Positions 16,574-23,921 of a stretch of DNA of 27,237 nucleotides are shown one piece after another. Numbering within the stretch: position 1 is the first letter of the stretch; the number at the start of each line of letters is the position of its first letter. Below the pieces are notes generated by a model. The model saw only the letters and a list, made by a program, of their open reading frames with translations, did no database searches and had not been told where the DNA came from. The translations under genes were made by a program, and so were the position numbers. This DNA comes from a virus (Duplodnaviria > Caudoviricetes): the IMG/VR virus record IMGVR_UViG_3300007778_000327, positions 1 to 27,237 of that record, one strand, 5' to 3'.

Positions 16574-17586
16574 TGAACTATAACGAAAACCGAAGAGAGG
16601 CTTTCATTAAGTGGTATGCGTGGTCCTTGGAATTCAAGGACTGCGACCCCGCTGTTTGGATGACCAATTACCTTAATGATAGATTTGAACATAACTCAGA
16701 GCAGCGTATCTGGCTGTCTTGGTTGTATGGCAATACATACTACCTACCAACCGCTTGGGTTCTTATTAATGAGTTCCCTGACTTTGAGTTGGCTACCTAT
16801 GACCGAATGAACCAATGGAACACGGAGAACTATAAACGTCTCCGCTACCAAACGGACACAAAATGGTCTAAGGGACACTTAGCCGATATGTTCAAATCCT
16901 ATCATGCTTTCGTTGGAGATAAAACCCAGCGCGAAGTATTTGAGCAGTATATGGGGGATAACGAAGAACAAAATTTCGATAAACTATATGAAGTCGTCAA
17001 AGATAAGTTCTACAAGTTCGGACGCTATTCTACTTGGTTCTTTCTACAGCACCTAAATCATACCGCCAATATCCCAAACGTACCAGATAGTTTATTGCTA
17101 GATGACTTTAGCGGTTCTCGCTCTCATCGTAATGGCTTATTGCTGGCGCTCGGTAAGGATGATCAGTACGATGTACGTCAGACTATTGGGGAATATGCTT
17201 GGCTCGAAGCAGAAGCAAAAAGTATAATGGAAGAGATGAAAAGTCGCTTCCCACACTTGACTTCTGAGATAAATCCGTTTACAATGGAAACCTGTCTCTG
17301 TTCATTTAAGAAGATATTCCGAGTGCGTCATGGCAGATACTTGGGGTATTACAATGACAGGGTCGCAGAGGAGATCTCTAAGGTTGAATCTGATGGTTGG
17401 TATGGTATTGAGTGGCGTGTACTTTGGGACGCTCGTAGAGAAACTCTTGATGCTAGGCTGTATGATTCAAACGTTATCCAAAAGGGTAAGATGGCTGAGT
17501 TCGTTGAAACTAATAATATTGACCGACTAGACTGGATGTTCAAAGAAGACGAACCAGTCTCAATGGGTCTTGATGCTTTTATGTGA
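16573..17586 (+). CDS. Amino acid:DNA transferase (aGPT-Pplase2-like, HhH glycosylase fold)
   Basis: DCDP, WLYGNTY, HhH-like KFGRYSTWF, SRSHRNGL, METCLCSFKK, RYLGYY. Confidence 0.78.
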   Translation: MNYNENRREAFIKWYAWSLEFKDCDPAVWMTNYLNDRFEHNSEQRIWLSWLYGNTYYLPTAWVLINEFPDFELATYDRMNQWNTENYKRLRYQTDTKWSKGHLADMFKSYHAFVGDKTQREVFEQYMGDNEEQNFDKLYEVVKDKFYKFGRYSTWFFLQHLNHTANIPNVPDSLLLDDFSGSRSHRNGLLLALGKDDQYDVRQTIGEYAWLEAEAKSIMEEMKSRFPHLTSEINPFTMETCLCSFKKIFRVRHGRYLGYYNDRVAEEISKVESDGWYGIEWRVLWDARRETLDARLYDSNVIQKGKMAEFVETNNIDRLDWMFKEDEPVSMGLDAFM

Positions 17587-17593
17587 GGATATT

Positions 17594-18139
17594 ATGAAAC
17601 TAATTTATTTGATTGGCGTGCCAGGAACAGGTAAGTCTACAATCATGAAAGAATTTATGAGCAGATTCGATGGGTGGAAAACCGACCGTCCGATTGACCT
17701 GCTAGACACGCACGTGAGCGGGAACGTGCGCGTGCTCGGGAAATACGAAGAAGGCGAAACGTTCTCAGGGACAGACCGTTTGTCTATGGCTGTCGCGCCA
17801 AAAGCAATTGAATACTTTACTTCTAACCCAGAAGAGGTTATAATAGGTGAAGGTGATAGATTGAATAACAAAGGCGTTTTTGAATCTGTTGAAGATAAAG
17901 TCATAATCCATCTAACGGTCTCGGATAAAGAACGTCAACGTCGATACGATGAACGTGGCTCGGAGCAGAGTGATAAGTTCATCCAAACAGTAGCAACTAA
18001 ATGTAAAAATATAGTAGAGGCTTTCGGCGATCAGCAAACCCTATTCGGCGAAGAAGAGGGATGTATTGTTGAGTTCAAACACGAGACTCCTGAGGATACG
18101 CAAAAAGTCGTGGAGTATATGATGTCATGTATTCGCTAA
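17594..18139 (+). CDS. P-loop nucleotide kinase associated with base modification
   Basis: GVPGTGKST, GTDRLS, EGDRL, RYDERGS; adjacent to the transferase; GAGGA SD. Confidence 0.82.
   Translation: MKLIYLIGVPGTGKSTIMKEFMSRFDGWKTDRPIDLLDTHVSGNVRVLGKYEEGETFSGTDRLSMAVAPKAIEYFTSNPEEVIIGEGDRLNNKGVFESVEDKVIIHLTVSDKERQRRYDERGSEQSDKFIQTVATKCKNIVEAFGDQQTLFGEEEGCIVEFKHETPEDTQKVVEYMMSCIR
17816..17844 (+). promoter_or_regulatory. Internal promoter upstream of the primase-like gene
   Basis: TTTACT-N17-TATAAT. Confidence 0.6.
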
Positions 18140-19062
18140 CAATTTTCAAGAATCGTTTCGATAATAAGACAAATAAGCGCATGGACTTCGAGACCTGGGA
18201 ACAGTTCGAAGAACTCTTGTATAAGCTTGCCTCGCAGCCCCTAGCAGGTAAAGAGGCTGCTCAACTAATTTCGCCAGCAGTATATTTGGAAGGCGAGAAA
18301 CGTCGAAATGCGAATGTTATAGAATGGGCTGGTTGGGCTGCTGTTGATGTTGATGAACATAAGTTCGAGGGAGACTTAGAAAATGAACTTAGATCTAAGT
18401 TTGGTTCTTGGGATTTTGTCTGTTACAGTACTGCTAGCAGTAGCGCTGATCATCCAAAGTTTAGGTTGGTCTTCCCACTTAAATCAGGAGTTAAAGCGGA
18501 TAAGATTAAAGCATTCTGGTTTGCGCTCAACACCGAACTCGATTCAATTGGAGATAAACAGACTAAAGATTTGTCTCGGATGTATTACATACCTGCGGAG
18601 TATGCTGGCGCTAACAACTTCATCTTTAGTAATCGCGGTGATTACATTGATCCCGATGAGTTGATAAAGAAACACCCCTTTATCCAGAAACAATCAAACA
18701 ACTTCATCGACAATCTTCCGGAGGCTATGCAGAAAGAGATTATTGCTCATCGTAAAGCTAAACTTCCCAACCGTGAAAAATTTAAATGGAGCAGTATTCA
18801 TGATTGTCCGTTTGTCAATAAGAAAATGCTGGTTGAATACCGAGCTATTTCTGAGACTGGTTGGTATCATAAGATGTATCAATTTATGGTAGCAGTTGCA
18901 TTTAATGCGATTAAAAGTGGATACCCGATATCCGGAAACGAAATTGAAATGATGGCGAGAGAGCTTGACCGAGAAACTGGCAATTGGTATGAGAAAAGAC
19001 CTTTACTGCTTGAGGCAAATTCTGCGCTTAATTATGCTTATAAGAACAGTGAGGTTTTATGA
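18127..19062 (+). CDS. AEP/PrimPol-like primase
   Basis: AVDVD (DxD), YSTAS, PKFRLVFPL, DLSRMYYIP; helical C-terminal domain. Confidence 0.7.
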   Translation: MYSLTIFKNRFDNKTNKRMDFETWEQFEELLYKLASQPLAGKEAAQLISPAVYLEGEKRRNANVIEWAGWAAVDVDEHKFEGDLENELRSKFGSWDFVCYSTASSSADHPKFRLVFPLKSGVKADKIKAFWFALNTELDSIGDKQTKDLSRMYYIPAEYAGANNFIFSNRGDYIDPDELIKKHPFIQKQSNNFIDNLPEAMQKEIIAHRKAKLPNREKFKWSSIHDCPFVNKKMLVEYRAISETGWYHKMYQFMVAVAFNAIKSGYPISGNEIEMMARELDRETGNWYEKRPLLLEANSALNYAYKNSEVL

Positions 19063-19514
19063 ACGAATGGGACAAAAGGTTTATTAGACAAGCCAAAGAA
19101 ATATCAACGTGGTCAAAAGACCCAAGAACGCTAATAGGCGCAATCGCTGTTAAAGACCGAAGAATACTTTCTACCGGATATAATGGCTTCCCTCGAGGCG
19201 TAGCTGATGATGAGAGGCTAGATGTTCGGGAAATTAAACATAAGTATGTCGTCCATGCCGAAGCTAATTGTATTTACAACGCAGTTCATCATGGGGTATC
19301 GTTAGCAGGTTCAACCTTCTACGTTTATGGCTTGCCCGTCTGTAATGAATGCGCTAAGGGTATAATTCAGTCAGGGGTTACTAGAGTTGTTATGCAGCTA
19401 CGCGAACTGCCTACCAATAAGTGGCAAGATTCGTATCAGATAACGAAGGAAATGTTTAGGGAAGCAAAAATAAGTTTTGAAATGTATTTACTTGACAACG
19501 AAATTAGTTTATAA
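19059..19514 (+). CDS. cd: dCMP deaminase
   Basis: SKDP, GYNGFPRG, VHAEAN, PVCNECAK. Confidence 0.92.
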   Translation: MNEWDKRFIRQAKEISTWSKDPRTLIGAIAVKDRRILSTGYNGFPRGVADDERLDVREIKHKYVVHAEANCIYNAVHHGVSLAGSTFYVYGLPVCNECAKGIIQSGVTRVVMQLRELPTNKWQDSYQITKEMFREAKISFEMYLLDNEISL

Positions 19515-19515
19515 T
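19487..19515 (+). promoter_or_regulatory. Promoter for uvsX
   Basis: TTTACT-N17-TATAAT. Confidence 0.65.
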
Positions 19516-19544
19516 ACACCTGTATTTAAAAATGAGGAAACATT

Positions 19545-20612
19545 ATGGGTTTAATGGATAAATTGAAGAAGAACTCGAAGATTGAAGATACTTCGATTCT
19601 TAACGAATCTAAACTATTCTCTGATAAGGATATGGTGGTCACCGAAGTACCGATGATCAACGTTGCGTTATCTGGTCGATTGGACGGTGGGTTGACCCCA
19701 GGACTAACTGTTTTGGCTGGTCCATCTAAACACTTTAAAACATCGTTCGCGCTGCTTATGGCTTCGGCGTATTTGAAGAAATATCCTGACGCAATCATGC
19801 TGTTCTATGATAGCGAGTTTGGTTCTCCTCAGGCATACTTTGAGACGTTTGGTATCGACACTGGTCGTGTACTTCACACTCCAGTTATGAACGTCGAAGA
19901 ACTTAAATTTGATATGATGTCTCAGCTAGAAAACATCGACCGTGAAGATAAAGTCATTGTTGTAATAGACTCTATCGGTAACTTGGCTTCCAAGAAAGAA
20001 GTTGAAGACGCTATCAACGAGAAGTCCGTTGCTGACATGACTCGAGCTAAGTCTCTCAAAGCACTGTTCCGTATGGTCACTCCATACCTAACTAAGAAGG
20101 ATATCCCCCTACTAGCAATCAACCACACGTATATGGAAATCGGTCTATTCCCGAAAGCTATTGTTGGCGGTGGCACTGGTATCTACTACAGCGCTGATAA
20201 TATCTGGATCCTTGGTCGCCGTCAGAACAAGACGGGCACTGAGATTACGGGTTATGACTTTGTAATCAATGTAGAGAAATCGCGTTACGTTAAAGAGAAG
20301 TCTCAAATCCCAATTAGCGTATCATGGGATGCTGGTATTGAGCGATTCTCTGGTATGTTTGACCTTGCCCTAGCACTAGGATATATCACTAAATCTGGCA
20401 GTCGATATCAACTAACTGACCTTGAAACAGGTGAGATTGACGATAAGAAAATCTGGCGCAAAGATATCGGTGATGACTTTTGGACTAAACTGATTGAACA
20501 TAAACCATTTGCTGAAGCGATTCAGAAACAGTATATGATTGGATATAAAGCTGAACTCGGGGAAAACTTTTTAGAAGATATTCCTTTACCTGACGAGGAA
20601 GAAGAGGTATAA
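19545..20612 (+). CDS. uvsX: UvsX RecA-like recombinase
   Basis: AGPSKHFKT, YDSEFG, DSIGNLASKKE, GGGTGIYYSAD. Confidence 0.96.
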   Translation: MGLMDKLKKNSKIEDTSILNESKLFSDKDMVVTEVPMINVALSGRLDGGLTPGLTVLAGPSKHFKTSFALLMASAYLKKYPDAIMLFYDSEFGSPQAYFETFGIDTGRVLHTPVMNVEELKFDMMSQLENIDREDKVIVVIDSIGNLASKKEVEDAINEKSVADMTRAKSLKALFRMVTPYLTKKDIPLLAINHTYMEIGLFPKAIVGGGTGIYYSADNIWILGRRQNKTGTEITGYDFVINVEKSRYVKEKSQIPISVSWDAGIERFSGMFDLALALGYITKSGSRYQLTDLETGEIDDKKIWRKDIGDDFWTKLIEHKPFAEAIQKQYMIGYKAELGENFLEDIPLPDEEEEV

Positions 20613-20613
20613 T

Positions 20614-20928
20614 ATGTCGTACGAGTTGATTGAAGACAAAGATAATTCTTTCTACTCTGTCAAGATTACTGATGGACCATACTCCGGTGTGGTCTATGAG
20701 TACGGTAGAGTTTCGCTTAAACACATAGAAGAAACAGACGAAGCCCAACTTTCATATAGCTATGAAGTCATTGAAGGTGATAATACTTTAGAGGGCGATG
20801 TTGACTTCGAGAATTATATTGGCGATATCCTTTCTGAAATATTGGTTGAAGCGTTCGATACAGGCAATTACAAAATAGGTGGTAATGATGGCAAATCTGG
20901 AAACAACAATTCTAAGGAATCTGATTAA
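20614..20928 (+). CDS. Acidic protein in the T4 gp40 syntenic position
   Basis: Lies between uvsX and gp41; GAGG SD; homology to gp40 not confirmed. Confidence 0.7.
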   Translation: MSYELIEDKDNSFYSVKITDGPYSGVVYEYGRVSLKHIEETDEAQLSYSYEVIEGDNTLEGDVDFENYIGDILSEILVEAFDTGNYKIGGNDGKSGNNNSKESD

Positions 20929-22273
20929 CGAGGAATCGTTCACCAGACAAGTTGTTCCTTTTTTGAAATCTGAATACTTTGACGAATCTCATCGGTTCGT
21001 CTTTGATCAGATAGTTAAGTTCGTCAACAAGTATAATAGTCTCCCCTCGCGGGAGGCTTTTCTTATTGATGCTGGCGAGGCATTGACTGGCGCAGTAGAT
21101 GCTGCCGAAGTCACTGAGATTGTTGGCGAAATCTTTGAACCTCAAGAAGTAGATCGCAAATGGCTTATGGATTCTACTGAGAAGTGGTGTCAGGATAGAG
21201 CTATCTTCCTGGCTATCATGGAAGGTATTTCTATCATTGATGGTAAGCATAAGACCCTAACCAAAAACGCATTGCCTGACTTATTGTCTCAGGCTTTGGC
21301 GGTTACGTTCGATCATCGCGTTGGTCACGATTACCTTGATGAAGCAAAATCTCGTTATGATTTTTACCATATGGAAGAGAAGCGGATGCCGTTTGACCTT
21401 GAGTTGTTTAACGACATTACGAAAGGCGGACTGCCGAATAAGACTTTGAACGTGGCTCTTGCTGGCACTGGTGTTGGTAAATCTTTGTTCATGTGTCATT
21501 GTGCTGGCGCTAACTTATCTGCCGGAAAGAATGTGCTATATATTACTATGGAGATGGCTGAAGAACGTATTGCTGAACGTATTGACGCCAACCTCATGAA
21601 CGTCACCATTGACCAGCTTGAGACGTTGCCTCGTGAGATGTTCGAAACTAAGGTACAGAAGATTGCCAACAAGACTAATGGCAAACTTATCGTCAAGGAA
21701 TATCCAACTGGCTCGGCTCATACGGGGCACTTCCGTGCTCTACTGAATGACCTAAAACTTAAGCGAAACTTTGAACCTGATATCATTTACATTGACTATT
21801 TGAATATTTGTTCATCTTCGCGTATGAAAGGTCTTGGTGGCTCGGTTAATACCTACTCTCTGATTAAATCTATTGCGGAGGAAATACGTGGTCTCGCAGT
21901 TGAATTCGATGTCCCAATCGTCACCGCCACCCAAACTACTCGAAGCGGATATGGTAACACTGACGTTGGACTTGAGGACACGTCTGAGTCTTTCGGGCTT
22001 CCTGCTACTGCTGACTTTATGTTTGCGTTGATAAGTAACGAGGAACTCGAGAAGCTTGGTCAGATTATGGTTAAGCAGCTGAAGAACCGATACAATGACC
22101 CAGGACATAACAAGCGATTTGTTATCGGGGTTGACCGAGCTAAAATGAAACTGTACGATGTAGAAGCTAGTGCTCAAAACTTAATCGGCGGCTCTGCGCC
22201 TCAACAGGATACTGGACCGATTAACAGCTTTGTGTCAAACGAAAAGAAAGATTACACTGATTTTAAATTTTAA
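20888..22273 (+). CDS. 41: Replicative DNA helicase (T4 gp41, DnaB-like)
   Basis: AGTGVGKSL, ITMEMAEE, IDYLNIC, TATQTTR, SESFGLPATAD, QLKNRY. Confidence 0.96.
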   Translation: MANLETTILRNLINEESFTRQVVPFLKSEYFDESHRFVFDQIVKFVNKYNSLPSREAFLIDAGEALTGAVDAAEVTEIVGEIFEPQEVDRKWLMDSTEKWCQDRAIFLAIMEGISIIDGKHKTLTKNALPDLLSQALAVTFDHRVGHDYLDEAKSRYDFYHMEEKRMPFDLELFNDITKGGLPNKTLNVALAGTGVGKSLFMCHCAGANLSAGKNVLYITMEMAEERIAERIDANLMNVTIDQLETLPREMFETKVQKIANKTNGKLIVKEYPTGSAHTGHFRALLNDLKLKRNFEPDIIYIDYLNICSSSRMKGLGGSVNTYSLIKSIAEEIRGLAVEFDVPIVTATQTTRSGYGNTDVGLEDTSESFGLPATADFMFALISNEELEKLGQIMVKQLKNRYNDPGHNKRFVIGVDRAKMKLYDVEASAQNLIGGSAPQQDTGPINSFVSNEKKDYTDFKF

Positions 22274-22282
22274 GGTGAATGA

Positions 22283-22972
22283 ATGAAAAGTTATAATGAA
22301 ATAGCTAGTGCCCGTCTTGTTAGCTACTCTCAGGCGACTGAAGAGTTTAAGGACATGGGGGTTGATGGTGTTCAAGAATTGATCGCTTATTGTGCAAGGG
22401 TTTCTAATCCAAAGAATCAAGTAAACAATGAGACAGCAGAAAAGTTGATCAATTATTTGATTAAACACTCTCACTGGTCACCGTTAGAAGTCGTGAGCGC
22501 AAACATTGAGATTGTGACTACACGCGATATTGCTCGTCAGATTCTACGCCACCGCTCGTTCTCTTTCCAAGAGTTCAGTCAGCGTTATGCCGATCCTTTC
22601 GAGCAGTTTGATGAAGCGTTCTGTTATCGTGAAGCGCGTATGCAGGACGAGGTGAATCGTCAGAACTCAGTCGTATCTGACGACCCTAAGATTCAGGAAG
22701 AATGGATGCGTATTCAACAGCGTGTACTAAACTTTGTTAAGAAAGAGTACGGATATGCGCGTGAACTTGGTATCGCTAAGGAACAACGTAGAGCCTTGCT
22801 GCCTGAAGGTAATACCCTCTCATACCTTTACATGAACGGCACTATCCGCAGCTGGATTCACTTCATTCAGTTGAGGGCTGGCAACGGTACTCAGAAAGAA
22901 CATCAGATGATCGCAATTGAGTGCGCAAAGGCAATCAACAAGATCTTCCCCTATGCGGCAAAATTAATTTAA
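22283..22972 (+). CDS. thyX: Flavin-dependent thymidylate synthase
   Basis: ThyX motif RHRSFSFQEFSQRY, HWSPLE, TQKEH. Confidence 0.95.
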   Translation: MKSYNEIASARLVSYSQATEEFKDMGVDGVQELIAYCARVSNPKNQVNNETAEKLINYLIKHSHWSPLEVVSANIEIVTTRDIARQILRHRSFSFQEFSQRYADPFEQFDEAFCYREARMQDEVNRQNSVVSDDPKIQEEWMRIQQRVLNFVKKEYGYARELGIAKEQRRALLPEGNTLSYLYMNGTIRSWIHFIQLRAGNGTQKEHQMIAIECAKAINKIFPYAAKLI

Positions 22973-22979
22973 AAATCGC

Positions 22980-23008
22980 TTTACTTCCCTCAACGTATGT
23001 ACTATACT
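22980..23008 (+). promoter_or_regulatory. Early promoter
   Basis: GC-TTTACT-N17-TATACT. Confidence 0.75.
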
Positions 23009-23036
23009 AAGTAGTATTGAAATTGAGGGAAGTTTA

Positions 23037-23441
23037 ATGTTAGAAGTTTACGCATATTCAGACAATACAGAAATTACCAGCAAAGTAGAAAAGGCAGTTT
23101 ACTACGCGATTTCAGTATTACTACCTAAGACTAGAGCACTCAGCGTAGAAGTAGAAATAGAACCGATGGGCGAATGGGAACACGGTTATTGCCACGGAGT
23201 AGGCGGCAAATACTACGAAATATCAGTCAACTCAGACCTCAGCGAAGAAGATATTATTAAAACCGTTCTTCACGAAATGGTACACGTTAAACAGTACCAT
23301 AAGGGCGAACTCAGCCTTAAGAAACAGGAAAAAGTTTGGCGAGGAGCCAAGTGGGAAGGCGAAGACTACAGGGAGTTTCCTTGGGAATTAGAAGCGTACG
23401 AACTAGAGGAGGAATTATACCTTGGATTTATTAACCAGTAA
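23037..23441 (+). CDS. Zincin-like metallopeptidase domain protein
   Basis: LHEMVHVKQ (HExxH) and PWELEAY. Confidence 0.85.
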   Translation: MLEVYAYSDNTEITSKVEKAVYYAISVLLPKTRALSVEVEIEPMGEWEHGYCHGVGGKYYEISVNSDLSEEDIIKTVLHEMVHVKQYHKGELSLKKQEKVWRGAKWEGEDYREFPWELEAYELEEELYLGFINQ

Positions 23442-23682
23442 AGAACTTTTTGGGGCATTTATCCTAGCGGTATTTGGACTCGGTTTGTATTTTATGTACA
23501 TGAAAGGTTCTCATTATGGTGCTCGGGTTGGAGCCAGGATCGGGTTCAATAAAGGTTTAGAAGAAGGATTCAACAAAGGATTGGAAAAAGGGACTTATGT
23601 TAGTATAGAACTATTACAGAAACATGGTATTTTAGACTATACTATGGAAGAGATTGACGAAATATTAAAGGAGAAGTTGTAA
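23422..23682 (+). CDS. Membrane-anchored hypothetical protein with GxxxG repeats
   Basis: N-terminal TM segment; GFNKGLEE-GFNKGLEK. Confidence 0.65.
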   Translation: MDLLTSKELFGAFILAVFGLGLYFMYMKGSHYGARVGARIGFNKGLEEGFNKGLEKGTYVSIELLQKHGILDYTMEEIDEILKEKL

Positions 23683-23683
23683 T

Positions 23684-23845
23684 ATGAGTCATATGGGAAA
23701 ACATATAGTAGAAGTTGTAAACATGTACGAGAGCGGTAGAAATGTCAACCAAATTTCTAAGGCTCTTCATATTCCGGTCGAAATCGTAGACCAGATCATT
23801 GAATCTAACTTTGGGGTGAAACCTCAACAGTTTTTAACGGAATAA
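23684..23845 (+). CDS. Small HTH-like protein (53 aa, absent from the ORF track)
   Basis: MSHMGKHIVEVVNMYESGRNVNQISKALHIPVEIVDQIIESNFGVKPQQFLTE; AAGGAG SD. Confidence 0.7.
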   Translation: MSHMGKHIVEVVNMYESGRNVNQISKALHIPVEIVDQIIESNFGVKPQQFLTE

Positions 23846-23857
23846 TTCCTCCAGTTT

Positions 23858-23879
23858 GGCTCCTTCGGGAGCCTTTTTT
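23858..23879 (+). terminator. Rho-independent terminator with a UUCG tetraloop
   Basis: GGCTCC-TTCG-GGAGCC-TTTTTT. Confidence 0.92.
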
Positions 23880-23882
23880 GTT

Positions 23883-23890
23883 TATAAATA
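23883..23890 (+). promoter_or_regulatory. T4-type late promoter
   Basis: TATAAATA immediately after the terminator. Confidence 0.8.
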
Positions 23891-23921
23891 ATATATAATT
23901 TGTATTTAAATGGGAACCCTG

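Noticed and set aside
19492-19515. TTGACA as the -35 box for uvsX
   Set aside because: It is only 12 nt from TATAAT; the overlapping TTTACT at 19487 gives the 17-nt spacing.
22283-22972. Thymidylate synthase as a dUMP/dCMP hydroxymethylase
   Set aside because: It has the canonical ThyX motif, whereas known phage hydroxymethylases are ThyA-fold.
23542-23592. Tandem 24-nt repeat
   Set aside because: Degenerate at synonymous positions; explained by the protein repeat GFNKGLEE/GFNKGLEK.
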